64,000 nt of DNA from an uncultured Chloroflexia bacterium. Its GTDB lineage: Bacteria; Chloroflexota; Anaerolineae; B4-G1; SLSP01. The stretch covers positions 1 through 64,000 of the forward strand of contig CAVVUS010000019.1 in the NCBI GenBank assembly GCA_963751345.1. Reading direction: 5' to 3'. A model generated the notes under the pieces. That model was given only the letters and a program-made list of their open reading frames with translations, ran no database searches and had not been told where the DNA came from. Shown here piece after piece: positions 28,978 to 40,414 of the stretch (position 1 is its first letter; the number at the start of each line of letters is the position of its first letter). A program made the position numbers and the translations under genes.

Positions 28978-30878
28978 ATGCAGGACAGAACCGATCGGTC
29001 AAAGTATTCCCTCGCGCTGATTATCCTGTTGTTGGTGAGCTTGATTGCGGGCCCTGTGGCAGGGGCGGCACCGGAGCGGGTGAAGGTGCTGATCTTGTAT
29101 GCCGGCAGGCCAGGGGCCGCGGAGGAGTCACTCGTACGCCGGATGGACGGCCAAGTGCGCTACCGCTACCGCCTCGTTGATGCATCGCCGCGACCCTACC
29201 CGAGACGGCGATCGTCCACCTGCAGGCCGCGCCCGGCGTGGTCCGCGTCGAGCCCGACCTGCCAATGCACGCGATGGACATTGAGCTCGATAACGCGTGG
29301 GGCGTCTCACGGCCATTGGCGCCGGCACGGTCCAGGCCGGCGGCAACGGTGGCAACGGTGTAAGCATTGCCATCATCGATTCCGGAATTAACTACAACCA
29401 CCCCGACTTGGACGGCGCAATTACGTCGAGAATTCTGGGTACGACTTTGTCGATGACGGACGGCATGACCCGATGGACGTCTACGGGCACGGAACGCACG
29501 TGGCCGGGCACGGCGTGCGCTGATGGACAATGACAACGGTCTCGAGGACGGTCCCTTTGGCGTCGTGGGTGTCGCGCCTGCGTGCAGCCTCTACGCCCTC
29601 AAGGTCCTCGACGATGCGGGGTGGGGAGTGTCGAGCAATTTGATCGGGGCGCTGGAGTGGGCCGTAGAGCACGGCATCCAGGTCGCCAACCTGAGCCTGG
29701 GCTGGGACCAGAACCCTGGCTCGATCGTCGAGGAGGCCTTCAACAAAGCCTATGACGCGGGCATCGTGATCGTCGCGGCGGCGTGCAACAACGGCAACCG
29801 AGCCGGAAAGGGCGAGACCGTCTGCTGGCCCGGCAAGTTCGGCTCTGTGATTGCCGTGGCCGCGACGGACGGCGATGATCGGCGGGCCACCTTTTCGAGC
29901 ACGGGTGTGGAGGTAGAGCTCGCCGCGCCCGGCGTCTCCGTCTTCTCGACCTGGAACGACTCGACCGGCTACTACGCGCCCGACCCTGTCTGCCACCTGG
30001 AAAACGGGGTGGAGGCTTGTTACAAGGAGGGATCAGGGACGTCGATGGCCTCGCCCCACGTGGCCGGCGTGGCAGCGTTGATAATCAAGGCCGGTATCGA
30101 GGACACTAACGGCGACGGCAGGGTCAACGACGAGGTGCGTTCGGTCCTCATAGCAACCGCCCATGACCTCGGCGCTTCAGGGTGGGATCCACTCTATGGC
30201 TACGGGCTGGTGAACGCGGTCGCCGCGGTCGCGGCAGTCTCCCCGCCGGTTCCGGTCACCGATATTGCGGTTGAGGGGATAGAGGCGCCGGACTTCGTGA
30301 CCCGGGGTGGCGTTGCTAATGTTCTAGTGACGGTGACGAACACCGGCAACCAGGACGTGAGCGCGAGTTTCGCGGTGACACTCACCGATACTTCCGATGG
30401 CGCGGTGATCGGCACCGGTAGTGTCGAGGGTGGCCTTGCTTCCGGCGCGTCCGCGGCGCTGACCTATGCCTGGGATACGGCGACCGCTTCTGTGGGCCAA
30501 CACGTGTTGGTGGCCAGCCACGATCTCGTTGATGACAACGCGGTCAACAATGCCGCCTCGGCACTCGTCACCGTGACGGATCTTCCGCAAGAGACCCTCA
30601 CCATCACCGGCATCGACCCCCACCAGGTGTATGGAGGCACGACCACAGGCGTGACCATTACCGGCTCCGGCTTTCAGCAGGGCGCCGTCGTGACGTTTGA
30701 GGGAGGCCGTGGCGTTGCGCCGGTCGCGTCGAACGTGGCGGTGAGTTCTGACGGCACATCCATGACGGTGGACGTGACGACCAACCGTACGCCCAAGGTG
30801 GTGACGTGGGACGTGCGTGTTACCAACCCCGGCGGTGCTTCGGTCGTTCTGGCAGGGGGTCTTGTGGTCTCCCCGTAG
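28978..30878 (+). CDS. Secreted S8 subtilisin-like protease with propeptide, CARDB and IPT/TIG-like domains; frameshifted
   Basis: Signal peptide; IAIIDSG (Asp), HGTHVAG (His), [11 protein letters not shown] (Ser); [14 protein letters not shown]; ITGSGF...VTNPGG TIG. Confidence 0.93.
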
Positions 30879-30900
30879 CTGAGCGCACCCGGACCCGGCT

Positions 30901-30940
30901 AGGCGAAGATGGCCCGGATAGGCCTGGGCCATCTTCGCCT
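30901..30940. terminator. Hairpin between convergent genes (likely bidirectional terminator)
   Basis: AGGCGAAGATGGCCC ... GGGCCATCTTCGCCT, 15-bp perfect stem; no long U-tract. Confidence 0.6.
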
Positions 30941-30964
30941 GTGTAGCGAAGACTCGGTACGACT

Positions 30965-31345
30965 CTACAGCTGTACGAAGCGCTCCACGGGAATGACGAA
31001 GACGTTGGCGCCGCCGGTGCGGACGACGACGAGCTCGCTCTCCGGGTGCCACGGAAACTCGGCCTCTGCGTCGTAAGGGATGTAGCGCGTGCTGGCTGGG
31101 CACGTGGCCCGCACGATGGCGAAGAAGGTTGGCAGACGTCTCTGTGGCAGGCCGACGACCATCGTGACCATGCCTTCGTGCAACAGTCCGCCACTGGCAT
31201 CGACCACGGTAGCGCCGAATCCCTGCGCGTTGAGCGTCTCCGTGAGGAGCTTGGATTGCCAACGATAGACGATGACCACGGCAACACGGTCGGTGATCGG
31301 GGTTGACTTTGAGACCCGTATGGGTTCAGCGACTTTTTCGACCAC
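30965..31345 (-). CDS. PII-like cyclic-di-AMP receptor family protein (DarA/PstA-like, divergent)
   Basis: GFGAT..ASGGLLHEG, and C-terminal TGGANVFVIPVERF resembling GGATVFV..VE.F. Confidence 0.75.
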   Translation of the reverse strand: MVEKVAEPIRVSKSTPITDRVAVVIVYRWQSKLLTETLNAQGFGATVVDASGGLLHEGMVTMVVGLPQRRLPTFFAIVRATCPASTRYIPYDAEAEFPWHPESELVVVRTGGANVFVIPVERFVQL

Positions 31346-31399
31346 GAGAGTTTCCCCCTCTTGTGTTGGATCGAACGACGCCCCAGTGACTGCGAAACG

Positions 31400-31413
31400 T
31401 TTGGTATACCAAA
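31400..31413. promoter_or_regulatory. Palindromic GntR-type operator candidate
   Basis: TTTGGTATACCAAA, a perfect 14-bp palindrome in the divergent intergenic region upstream of a GntR gene. Confidence 0.6.
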
Positions 31414-31548
31414 TACCCCCGGATTATACGGGCACGTGTGGCGGCGTCAAGCGGCATATATACCTGTGTCTGTCAATGTAGGTTGCTATTGTGCAGTCCT
31501 GCCGTACAATATGGCAATCGAACATAAAGATACGCAAGGGGCAACCAA

Positions 31549-33040
31549 ATGGCAACGATAGACCGGAACTCAGCGATTCCGCTATACTACCAACTCAAAC
31601 TTTTCCTCAAACGACAGATCGAGAGCGGAGAACTGGCTCCCGGTGATCAGCTACCGACAGAAGCCGAGCTCTGCGATCGCTTCAGCATCAGCCGCGCGCC
31701 GGTTCGTCAGGCGATGGCGGAGTTGGCCAGAGATGGCCTGATCTATCGCCGCGCCGGCGCAGGTTCTTTCGTCGCCCCTGCTGCGGCCGCGGCCCTGATG
31801 GAGCGCACGACCCTGCGCGTGCAGGCGCATTACGACGTCCGCTGGCTATCCTCCCTTGAACAGGCGGTCGGCGCTGTGGAATGAGCGGCATCCACAGCAC
31901 GAGGTCGAGGTCGACATTCGGATGAGCTCGCGGAACGAGTTCCACCAGGTGCTGCAGCGCTCGACCATCCGTGGGGAGGCACCCTGATCTGGCGGCAATG
32001 GATTACGTGTGGCTCAATCACTACGCTAGCGAGGGCTACATAACCTCGCTCAACGAGCTGGATGCGCGCTGGGTGGGCGATACGGCGCAGGATCTGGAGC
32101 CGCCGGTGCTGCGCAACAATTCGGTCGACGGGCGCCTGTACGGGATCCCCGTGCAGGCTGATATTCCGGCATGTGGTATCGCAAGGATTGGTTCGATCGG
32201 GAGCAGATCGCCCCGCCCGAGACGTGGGAGCAGTGGCTCGCGGCGCTCGATCACTTCGCCGAGCCGGCGGTGATGGAGCGCTATCATCACCACTATTCGT
32301 TGGTGATGCCTGTGACGGCCACAACGGGCGAGACGACGGTCAACTTGCTCTACCCCTTTATCTGGATGGTAGGGGGCGAGGTGGTGGACGCGCAGGGCAA
32401 CCTGGCGCTGGATACAAGCCGGGAAGTGATCAGCGGCGCCCTGCGCTTCCTGCAGACTATCACGCTCGACCGCCGCGCGTATTTGCCAAAGGATGTCTTC
32501 CGCAGCCGCTGGTGGCACCTGGCGCGCTATTTTGCGCAGGGCGAGGTGCCGATGGCCCTGGGCGGCAGCTACGAGTGGCCTCGCATCCGCGAGGAGTCGG
32601 CCTGGGAGGATGAGTATGACGCGGGGGCCCACCTGGGCTTCATGTTGCTGCCGCGGCCATCAAGTGACATTCCCCCGGTTGGCTCGCTCGGCGGCACGAG
32701 CTGGGTGATCTTCCAGCAATCGGAGGAGCAGGAGCTCTGCCTCGAGCTGCTCAAGCTGGTCGGCACACGCGATGCCTCGCGGTCCTTCTGTGAGGAGAAC
32801 CTCCAGGTCTCGCCCTACGTCTCGGTGAACCAGCACTTCCTGAGACCGGCGCATCCCTGGCTCTCGCAGATCGCGCCGCTGCTGATGAACGTCCGCAACC
32901 GTCCCATGCACCGCAACTACATCCGGATCTCCGACTTCCTCCAGGACATGTTTGAGCACGTCCTGTGGGATGGCGCCGATCCCGACGTCGAGATCCGCAA
33001 GACCGCGCAGGCGCTTTCGGTGGTGATGGCGGAGACGTAA
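31549..33040 (+). CDS. GntR-family regulator fused to a family-1 sugar solute-binding domain; frameshifted
   Basis: PLYYQL...LPTEAELC..SRAPVRQA wHTH, then GEAPDL, GRLYGIP, MWYRKDWF and LGGTSW SBP motifs; no signal peptide. Confidence 0.8.
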
Positions 33041-33062
33041 GTCGTCACGCATCGCGGGCACC

Positions 33063-33098
33063 AAGATTGGACCAATCTTCCGAGATTGGTCCAATCTT
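33063..33098. repeat. Nested palindrome between convergent genes
   Basis: AAGATTGGACCAATCT-TCCG-AGATTGGTCCAATCTT; each arm is itself a hairpin. Confidence 0.75.
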
Positions 33099-33128
33099 TT
33101 TCAAAGAGCCGTCCCCTCCGGTCACCCG

Positions 33129-34220
33129 TCAATCGCCACCCGCCATCTGCACCTCGTCCCACGCGATCCCCAGCCCCGGCGCGTCCGAGAGATAGATGTA
33201 GCCGTCCTCGCGGAAATCGACCGGCTGCATCACGGGGTCGTTGTGCGAGGTCGGGATAGGCCTCGGTGATCAGGCCGTTCTCGACGGCGGCGACGCAGGT
33301 GGCGCCGATGTTGGGGTTGCCGTGCGGCGCCATCTTCAGGTGGTAGGCGCTGGCGATGGCGGCGATCTTGAGCCACTCGCTGATACCGCCGCAGAGGTTC
33401 GGGTCGAGCTGGATGATGTCGGCGGCCTGGGCCTCGATCAGGTCGCGCGCGCCCCAGCGCGTGAACTCATTCTCGCCGCTCGCGATCGGGATGTCCAGCG
33501 CAGCCACGAGCTGCGCCCCACCGCGAAGGTCGTCCGCGGGAACGGGTTCCTCGAACCAATAGGGATCGTAGCGCTCCACCAGGCGTGCAAAACGCAGGGC
33601 CGTTGGCGCATCCCAGCCGTTGTTGGCGTCGATCATCAGCTCGACGTCGGGCCCGATAGCGTCGCGGACGGCGCGCACCCGCTCGGCGTCCTGCCGGAGC
33701 GTGACGCCCGGCCAACCGACCTTCATCTTCACCGCACGGAAGCCGGCCTTCGCGTAACCTTCAAGCTCCGCTGCCAATTCCTTGAGGCCTTTGCCTTCGG
33801 CGTAGTAGCCGCCCGCGGCATAGGCCTTCACGCGGGACTGCACCCCGCCGGCCAGCTTCCAGACGGGCTGGCCCAGGGCTTTGCCGACGAGATCCCAGAG
33901 CGCGTTGTCCACGGCGCTCATCGCCGCGATGTATTCGCCCTTGGCCACGGGTTTGCGGGTGCCGCCCATGTAAAGCTTGTCCCACAGATATCCGACCCTC
34001 AGCGGGTCCTCGCCCAGCAGCTTCTGCTTCATCGGCCCGAGCAGCGTCGCGCGGTGGGCTGCCGAGGTGGAGCAGGGGGCCATCCCTACGATGCCCTCGT
34101 CGGTCGTGATCTCGATCCTGCCCGGCGCCCCTGTGCGTCGTCTTGATGATCGAGTTCCAGAAGGGGGTCTCCAGCGGCCCCAGATCGACAGCGGTGACGG
34201 TGACAGTCGGTGATTTTCAT
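33129..34220 (-). CDS. Mandelate racemase/muconate lactonizing enzyme family (enolase superfamily acid-sugar dehydratase); frameshifted
   Basis: SAVDNALWDLVGK, KMK, MIDAN, WFEEP, ASGEN, MAPH, PGLG. Confidence 0.92.
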
Positions 34221-34263
34221 CGTGACTCCTTTCAGCGTTGGAACGTTCGCAACGTGCAAACGC

Positions 34264-35805
34264 TCAAACGTCTGTTTCCGCTAGCGTTCGTGCCACGGCG
34301 GCCTGCCATTCGGCATAGCGCGCCTCGCGCTCGCCGGCGCCGGTGCGCGGCTCGAAGCGGTCGCGGGGCGGGACCAGGCCGGCGATCTCGCGCTCGTCGG
34401 CCCACAGGCCGGTTGATAGGCCCGCAAGGAAAGCCGCGCCAAGCGGGGAGATCTCGGAGGAGCGGCTGCGCTCCACCGGACAGCCGAGGATGTCGGCCTG
34501 GAGCTGCATCAGCAGGTCGTTCCGGCTGGCGCCGCCGTCGGCGAGCAGCGTTGGCGTTGCTCCGGCCCTCACGTCCATCCCGGCCTCCGCTCGCATGATA
34601 TCGAAGACGTCGCGGACCTGGAAAGCGATGGCATCCAGCGCAGCGCGCGCCAGATGGGCCGGGCCGGTGCCGAGCGTCAACCCCGTCACAGTGCCCCGTG
34701 CTGTGGGCGCCCAGTGCGGCGCACCGAGCCCCACCAGCGCGGGCACAAAGACGACCCCGCCCGCGTCCTCGACTGTGTGTGCCAGGGCTTCCACGGCAGG
34801 CCCCGGCTCATGAAGCCCCAATAGCTCGCCAACCCATTGGACGGCGCCACCGGTGGTAGTGATGTTACCCTCAAGCGCGTAGGTCACGCGTATGGGTTCG
34901 GTTCCTTGTGACGCGTGACCGGATTGGGCCCAGGCCACCGTGGTCGAGAGGCCGTGGGCGGAGGGAACGGCGGTCGGGGTGGGGGTCATCAGCGATGTGC
35001 CGGTGCCGTAGGTGGCTTTGACGCTGCCGGGCCGGAATCCACCCAGGCCGTAGAGCGAGGCGTGGGAGTCGCCGATCATGCCGGCGATAGGGATACCGCT
35101 CGGCAGCAGGCCGCCGCCGGGCAGCGCCACGGGGACGGTCGCGCCGAAGAGCGCGCCTGAGGGCCGGAGCGTGGGCAGCGCCGCTCGGGGGACGCCAAAG
35201 AGCGCCAGTAGTTCGTCGTCCCAGTCCAGCGTCTGAAGGTTGAGCAGTTGCGTGCGCGAGGCGTTGGTCAGATCGGTGGCATGGACTGCACCGCCGGTGA
35301 GGTGCCAGAGCAGCCACGCATCCACGTTGCCGAGACAGAGTTCGCCGGCCTCAGCCCGAGCTTGGCCGCGGGCGGTCTGGCCCAGGAGCCAGCGGAACTT
35401 GCTCGCCGAGAACATGGGATCGACCTGCAGCCCGGTTCGTGCCTGGATCAGAGACTCCAGGCCCTGGGCTTTCAGTGTCTCGCAGAAGTCGACCGTCCGG
35501 CGGCACTGCCAGACAATCGCCGGTCCCAGCGGCAGGCCGCTCGCCCGATCCCAGATCAGGGCAGTCTCGCGTTGGTTGGAGATCGCGATCGCGCTTGGCG
35601 GGTCGGACCGGCCCGCGAGGCATTGCGCGACGGCGTCAAGGGTGCACCGCCAGATTTCGTCCGGATCCTGTTCGACCCATCCGGGCCGGGGGTAATGCAC
35701 GCCGGTGGGCACCGACCCGCGGGCAACGATGGCGCCCGACGCGTCGATCAGCAGTGCCTTGGTGTTGGTCGTGCCCTGGTCGATGGCCAGGATCGATTCA
35801 GACAT
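34264..35805 (-). CDS. Glycerol-kinase-like FGGY kinase (candidate apulose kinase, AplK-like)
   Basis: AIDQGTT, SNQRET, WQCRRT, NASRT, GDSHA, KATYGTG, YALEG, ADGGAS. The WQC and GDSH variants differ from typical GlpK WQD and GDQQ. Confidence 0.85.
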   Translation of the reverse strand: MSESILAIDQGTTNTKALLIDASGAIVARGSVPTGVHYPRPGWVEQDPDEIWRCTLDAVAQCLAGRSDPPSAIAISNQRETALIWDRASGLPLGPAIVWQCRRTVDFCETLKAQGLESLIQARTGLQVDPMFSASKFRWLLGQTARGQARAEAGELCLGNVDAWLLWHLTGGAVHATDLTNASRTQLLNLQTLDWDDELLALFGVPRAALPTLRPSGALFGATVPVALPGGGLLPSGIPIAGMIGDSHASLYGLGGFRPGSVKATYGTGTSLMTPTPTAVPSAHGLSTTVAWAQSGHASQGTEPIRVTYALEGNITTTGGAVQWVGELLGLHEPGPAVEALAHTVEDAGGVVFVPALVGLGAPHWAPTARGTVTGLTLGTGPAHLARAALDAIAFQVRDVFDIMRAEAGMDVRAGATPTLLADGGASRNDLLMQLQADILGCPVERSRSSEISPLGAAFLAGLSTGLWADEREIAGLVPPRDRFEPRTGAGEREARYAEWQAAVARTLAETDV

Positions 35806-35870
35806 CGCGCCTCCTGCGATGTAGCTTTCCACCTTCCGGGCGCCCAACCCGGTAGGTACCGGTAGGTGAC

Positions 35871-36836
35871 CTAGCCCCGGAGCAACTCCATAGCTGCCCC
35901 AGCAATCCCCTCGGGCGTGAGGCCGAAGTGCTCGAACAGAAACTCGGCCGAACCCGTGGGCGCGAAGACGCCCGGGACGCCCAGGATGCGCACCGGGACG
36001 GGGCGCGTCTGCACTACGATCTCCGCGACCGCGCTGCCCAGCCCGCCGTAGACCGTGTGCTCCTCGGCCGTGACGATCGCGCCGGTCTCCTCTGCCGCCG
36101 CGACAATGGCGGCGCGGTCGATGGGACGGATCGAGGCCATGTTGAGCACGCGTGCCCGGATGTGGTGTCCGGCGAGCAGATCCGCTGCCGCAAGCGCACG
36201 CCATACCAGCGTGCCGCATGCGATGAGCGTGACATCCTCGCCGTCACGCAGGCGGGACGCAGTGCCGATCCGGAAGGTGTAGTCAGCCTCGTGGACGGCA
36301 GGGACGGGCATCCGGCTGATGCGCAGATAAATCGGGCCAAAGGTCGCAGCGGCCGCGACCGCGGCCTGCGCCGTCTCCTCCGGGTCGGCCGGCACGATCA
36401 CGGTCATGTTGGCGATCGCCCGGAGCCACGCGATGTCCTCGATGCTATGGTGGGTCGCACCCAGTGCGCCATAGGCCAGACCGGGGCTGACGGCGTAGAG
36501 CTTGACGTTGGTACCGGTATAGGCGAGGTCGTTCTTGATCTGCTCCAGCGCCCGGGCGGTGAGGAACGACCCGGCGCCTGCCACGAAGGGAATCTTGCCG
36601 CCGATGGCCATTCCGGCGGCCATGCCGACCATCGCCTGCTCCGCGATACCGACGTTGAAGAGGCGATCTGGGAACCGCTCGGCGAAATGAACCAGTTTGG
36701 CCGAGCTCACCGAGTCGTTGCAGAGCACAGCGATCGCCGGGTTCTGCTCTGCCAGGCGTTCGAGTGCCGCAACAAAGGCGTCACGACAGTCGTGGCGATC
36801 CGCTCCGAAGCTCTCGCGGAGGCGCTTGTCTGCCAC
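35871..36836 (-). CDS. Transketolase C-terminal subunit (AptB-like)
   Basis: DCRDAF, CNDSVSS, NVGIAEQ, GATHHSIED, EEHTVYGGLGSAVAE. Confidence 0.9.
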   Translation of the reverse strand: MADKRLRESFGADRHDCRDAFVAALERLAEQNPAIAVLCNDSVSSAKLVHFAERFPDRLFNVGIAEQAMVGMAAGMAIGGKIPFVAGAGSFLTARALEQIKNDLAYTGTNVKLYAVSPGLAYGALGATHHSIEDIAWLRAIANMTVIVPADPEETAQAAVAAAATFGPIYLRISRMPVPAVHEADYTFRIGTASRLRDGEDVTLIACGTLVWRALAAADLLAGHHIRARVLNMASIRPIDRAAIVAAAEETGAIVTAEEHTVYGGLGSAVAEIVVQTRPVPVRILGVPGVFAPTGSAEFLFEHFGLTPEGIAGAAMELLRG

Positions 36837-36848
36837 GCTCGCCCTTCC

Positions 36849-37517
36849 TCACTCGCCCCGTGCCAACCGTTGGCGTCTGAGCGCCAACTCGTGGGGGTCG
36901 GCGCAGAGCATACGCTGTGAGAGCCAGAAGATCGGCATGATGAGCACCGGCATCTGTAGGACCGGGGTCAGCCCCACATTGAGCAGCGGGATAACCGGCA
37001 TGTTGTCATTGTAGGCCCACATTCCCGTCGCTACCGCGCCAATCTCAACGCCAACCTGCACGGCGGTCGCCAGCACCAGCACGAAGGCCACATACCGCCA
37101 CGGCGGGGGCCACGGCCAGTCCCACTCACCCTTGCGGGCAAGGGTCAGGGCGAAGAAGAGGCCGAGCGCGACGACGCCGTCGGCGGTGGCGGCGCCAAAG
37201 AGCATCCGGACGAGGGCCGGATAGAGGTTTCCCGACTCGGTGAAGTGCATGAAGTAGACAGAGTGCCAGAGCTCCCATGCCAGATTGAGCAGCATGCTGT
37301 AGAAGAAGGCCCACCCCGTGAATCGATAGAAACTGGTCAGTTCGTCGAACCGCACCACCATCACACAACCGAGATAGAGTGCGAAGATGCCGATGAGCGA
37401 CCACAGGGCCATACGAGCAGGGGGCTCCAAGAGGGCGCCGGTCGCCAACGCGGCGACGAGCAGTCCCGTGGTGAGCCACGTAGGCCCGTGGCGGAGGCGC
37501 CTTGCCAGCCGCTTCAC
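36849..37517 (-). CDS. Uncharacterised multi-pass membrane protein between the two transketolase subunit genes
   Basis: GTG start 4 nt after the upstream stop; about 6 hydrophobic helices; WELWH and WAY..MP.IP..VGLTPVLQ. Confidence 0.7.
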   Translation of the reverse strand: MKRLARRLRHGPTWLTTGLLVAALATGALLEPPARMALWSLIGIFALYLGCVMVVRFDELTSFYRFTGWAFFYSMLLNLAWELWHSVYFMHFTESGNLYPALVRMLFGAATADGVVALGLFFALTLARKGEWDWPWPPPWRYVAFVLVLATAVQVGVEIGAVATGMWAYNDNMPVIPLLNVGLTPVLQMPVLIMPIFWLSQRMLCADPHELALRRQRLARGE

Positions 37518-37521
37518 GTCC

Positions 37522-38406
<885 letters not shown>

Positions 38407-38412
38407 CCTGGC

Positions 38413-39760
38413 CTACGTGCCTGCCTTCACCAGCGCCACCCAATATCCCTCTTCCGTGGGGGTGCGCAGGCGAAGGGTCCGGCCATCCATCTCGACCGAG
38501 ACTTCCGTAGGATCGGTCGCCCAGCGGCTCGCGCGGATCTCGAGCCACTGCAGGGTGAGGGCGCGATCGGCAGCCGCAGCAATGTCGAGCAGCACGTCGC
38601 CGCCGTCGGGGAAGAAGACCGCGTAGGCGACGCCCGGCTGCGCCGTACAGTAGGCCTCGTTGGGGCTGCGATGGGAGACCAGGTCGGTGTGCGGTTCGCA
38701 CGCGAAGATATCCAGCTCCGCGAGAAGCATTCGCATCGATCTCAGGTGCGCCTGGGCGATCGGGTTGAGCCCGAGCCCCGACGGAGGGCGGTGGAAGCGC
38801 GACGAGGCGAGCCCGCCGAAGATGTTGCGCCAGAAGCGTTCCTGGGCGTCGCGCGTCGTGCCGTAGTAGCCGGTGTTTGCACCGTAGATCTTGACGCTGT
38901 TCATCGGCCGGACGTGGCCGGAGGCGAGGATGCGGTCGCGGATCTCCTGCGGCTTGGCCCAGTGCTCGTATCCCACCTGGTGGTTGTTCTGCGAGATGTC
39001 GATGAAGGCGTAGGTCTCGGGATGGTCGAGCGTGTTGGCGTGCTCCGGCCCGAGCAGGTCGTGGTCGTCCCACATCTCGGTGGTGGGCGCGATCAGGCCC
39101 ATGCGGTCCGCTCGCTCGGTGATGGTTCGCGACCAGTAGGCGCCCCACTCGGGCGACTCGTTGGTCTCGTTGTCCATGCAGTAGAGCACGTTGCCGTAGG
39201 GCAGCGAGATCGAGAGCAGCGTGTCGACCTGCTGCTGTTGGTAGGGCAACACCACGGCGTTGTTCTCCAAAGCAGGGAACGGTGCGGAAGAAGGCGCTCT
39301 CGCGCCGGCCCGGATGCGTGTGGATCTCGGGTTTGAGCCCCGACGCCTCTGCCGTGTAGTTGACGTTGTTGACGGGGTTGTAGGGGTTGCTGAGCCAGGG
39401 CGTGCGCGCGAAGTCGAAGCGGTCCCACAGCTCGATCTGGAGGATGATGTCCCGCTCCGCCGTGAGGTCGAGGAAACGCCTGAAGCGTGCCCAATACTCG
39501 ACTCCCGGCTTCTCGAGATCGTAGAGCCCCGTACGATCGTCCCGCTCGAAGGGCCAGACATCTCCCTCGTCGCGGCTCGACATCGTGCAGCGCACGTAGT
39601 TGCCGCCCACGGCGGCCAATAGGTTCAGATGCTCCACGATGTCGGGGATCTGGAAGAGGTTGTCCTCGCGGCTCCCGCCCAGCAGGACAACGGGCTTGCC
39701 CCTGTACTGCCAGTAGAACGGATTACGGCCATAGGGCTGGATACGGTCATCGGATTCCAT
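38413..39760 (-). CDS. Putative glycoside hydrolase (clan GH-A-like catalytic region plus C-terminal collagen-binding-like beta domain); frameshift near 39275
   Basis: YWQYRGKPVVLLG, GGNYVRCTM, ILQIELWD, NVLYCMDNE (NE motif); C-terminal AYC...YAVFFPDGG...LQWL. Confidence 0.6.
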
Positions 39761-40414
39761 GGTTGGTCCTCCCTCGTCATCAAGGCCACGGCGTCGGATT
39801 CACATCGGAGCACGTTCGGCCTACGAGGGCGATTATAGGTTGGCTGCTGTGCGCGTCAATGTTGAGGTATAGCAGCATCGCCGCGCTGCACCCATCGGGC
39901 AAGACCGCAGCGCGGCGACCGCATGAAGCCGGTGTGGGACGAGCCTACGCCCTGCGCCGCTCCGTCCGGACCGACCGTAGAGGAGGTGCCGACCGGTAAC
40001 CGTATGTCTCTAGCCTAAGTGTCCGCCTCTATCTCGGCTTCCCACGATTCAGACACGCGCAGTTCATGCGCCCGACACGGCTGGCCTCTCGCATTCAGGT
40101 AGGGTGACGGCAGAGAACGAGTCAGGACGGCGCAGAGGAGCTAAGCGATGAGCGGGCTGTACGAGAATACGATGTACGCGAAGGAGACGGACGATCGCGC
40201 GCTCGCCAACACGAGCCGCGGGAAGCCGGTACGGCATTGGGGCGCGCGAAGTGTACGGCGTCGCGGCACGCTTGCTGCGGCAGCGTGCGCAGTCGCAGGT
40301 CTGGTGACCGCCGCTCGCCGCACCGCTTCCGCGTGCCACTTGGCTGCGACGGTCCTGACACCTCACGCACTGTCGATGACGAGCCGCATCTCCCTGCGGT
40401 ACGGCGTATGCTCA

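Noticed and set aside
34264-35805. Assigning the symbol glpK
   Set aside because: Motif variants (WQC, GDSH) and the split-transketolase context point to another substrate. The ORF-track start at 36219 overlaps the transketolase gene.
39850-40410. Possible ncRNA, IS end or small gene in the long intergenic region (hairpin CGCCGCGCTGC...GCAGCGCGGCG near 39879-39917)
   Set aside because: No recognisable RNA family motif, matching terminal repeat or convincing ORF.
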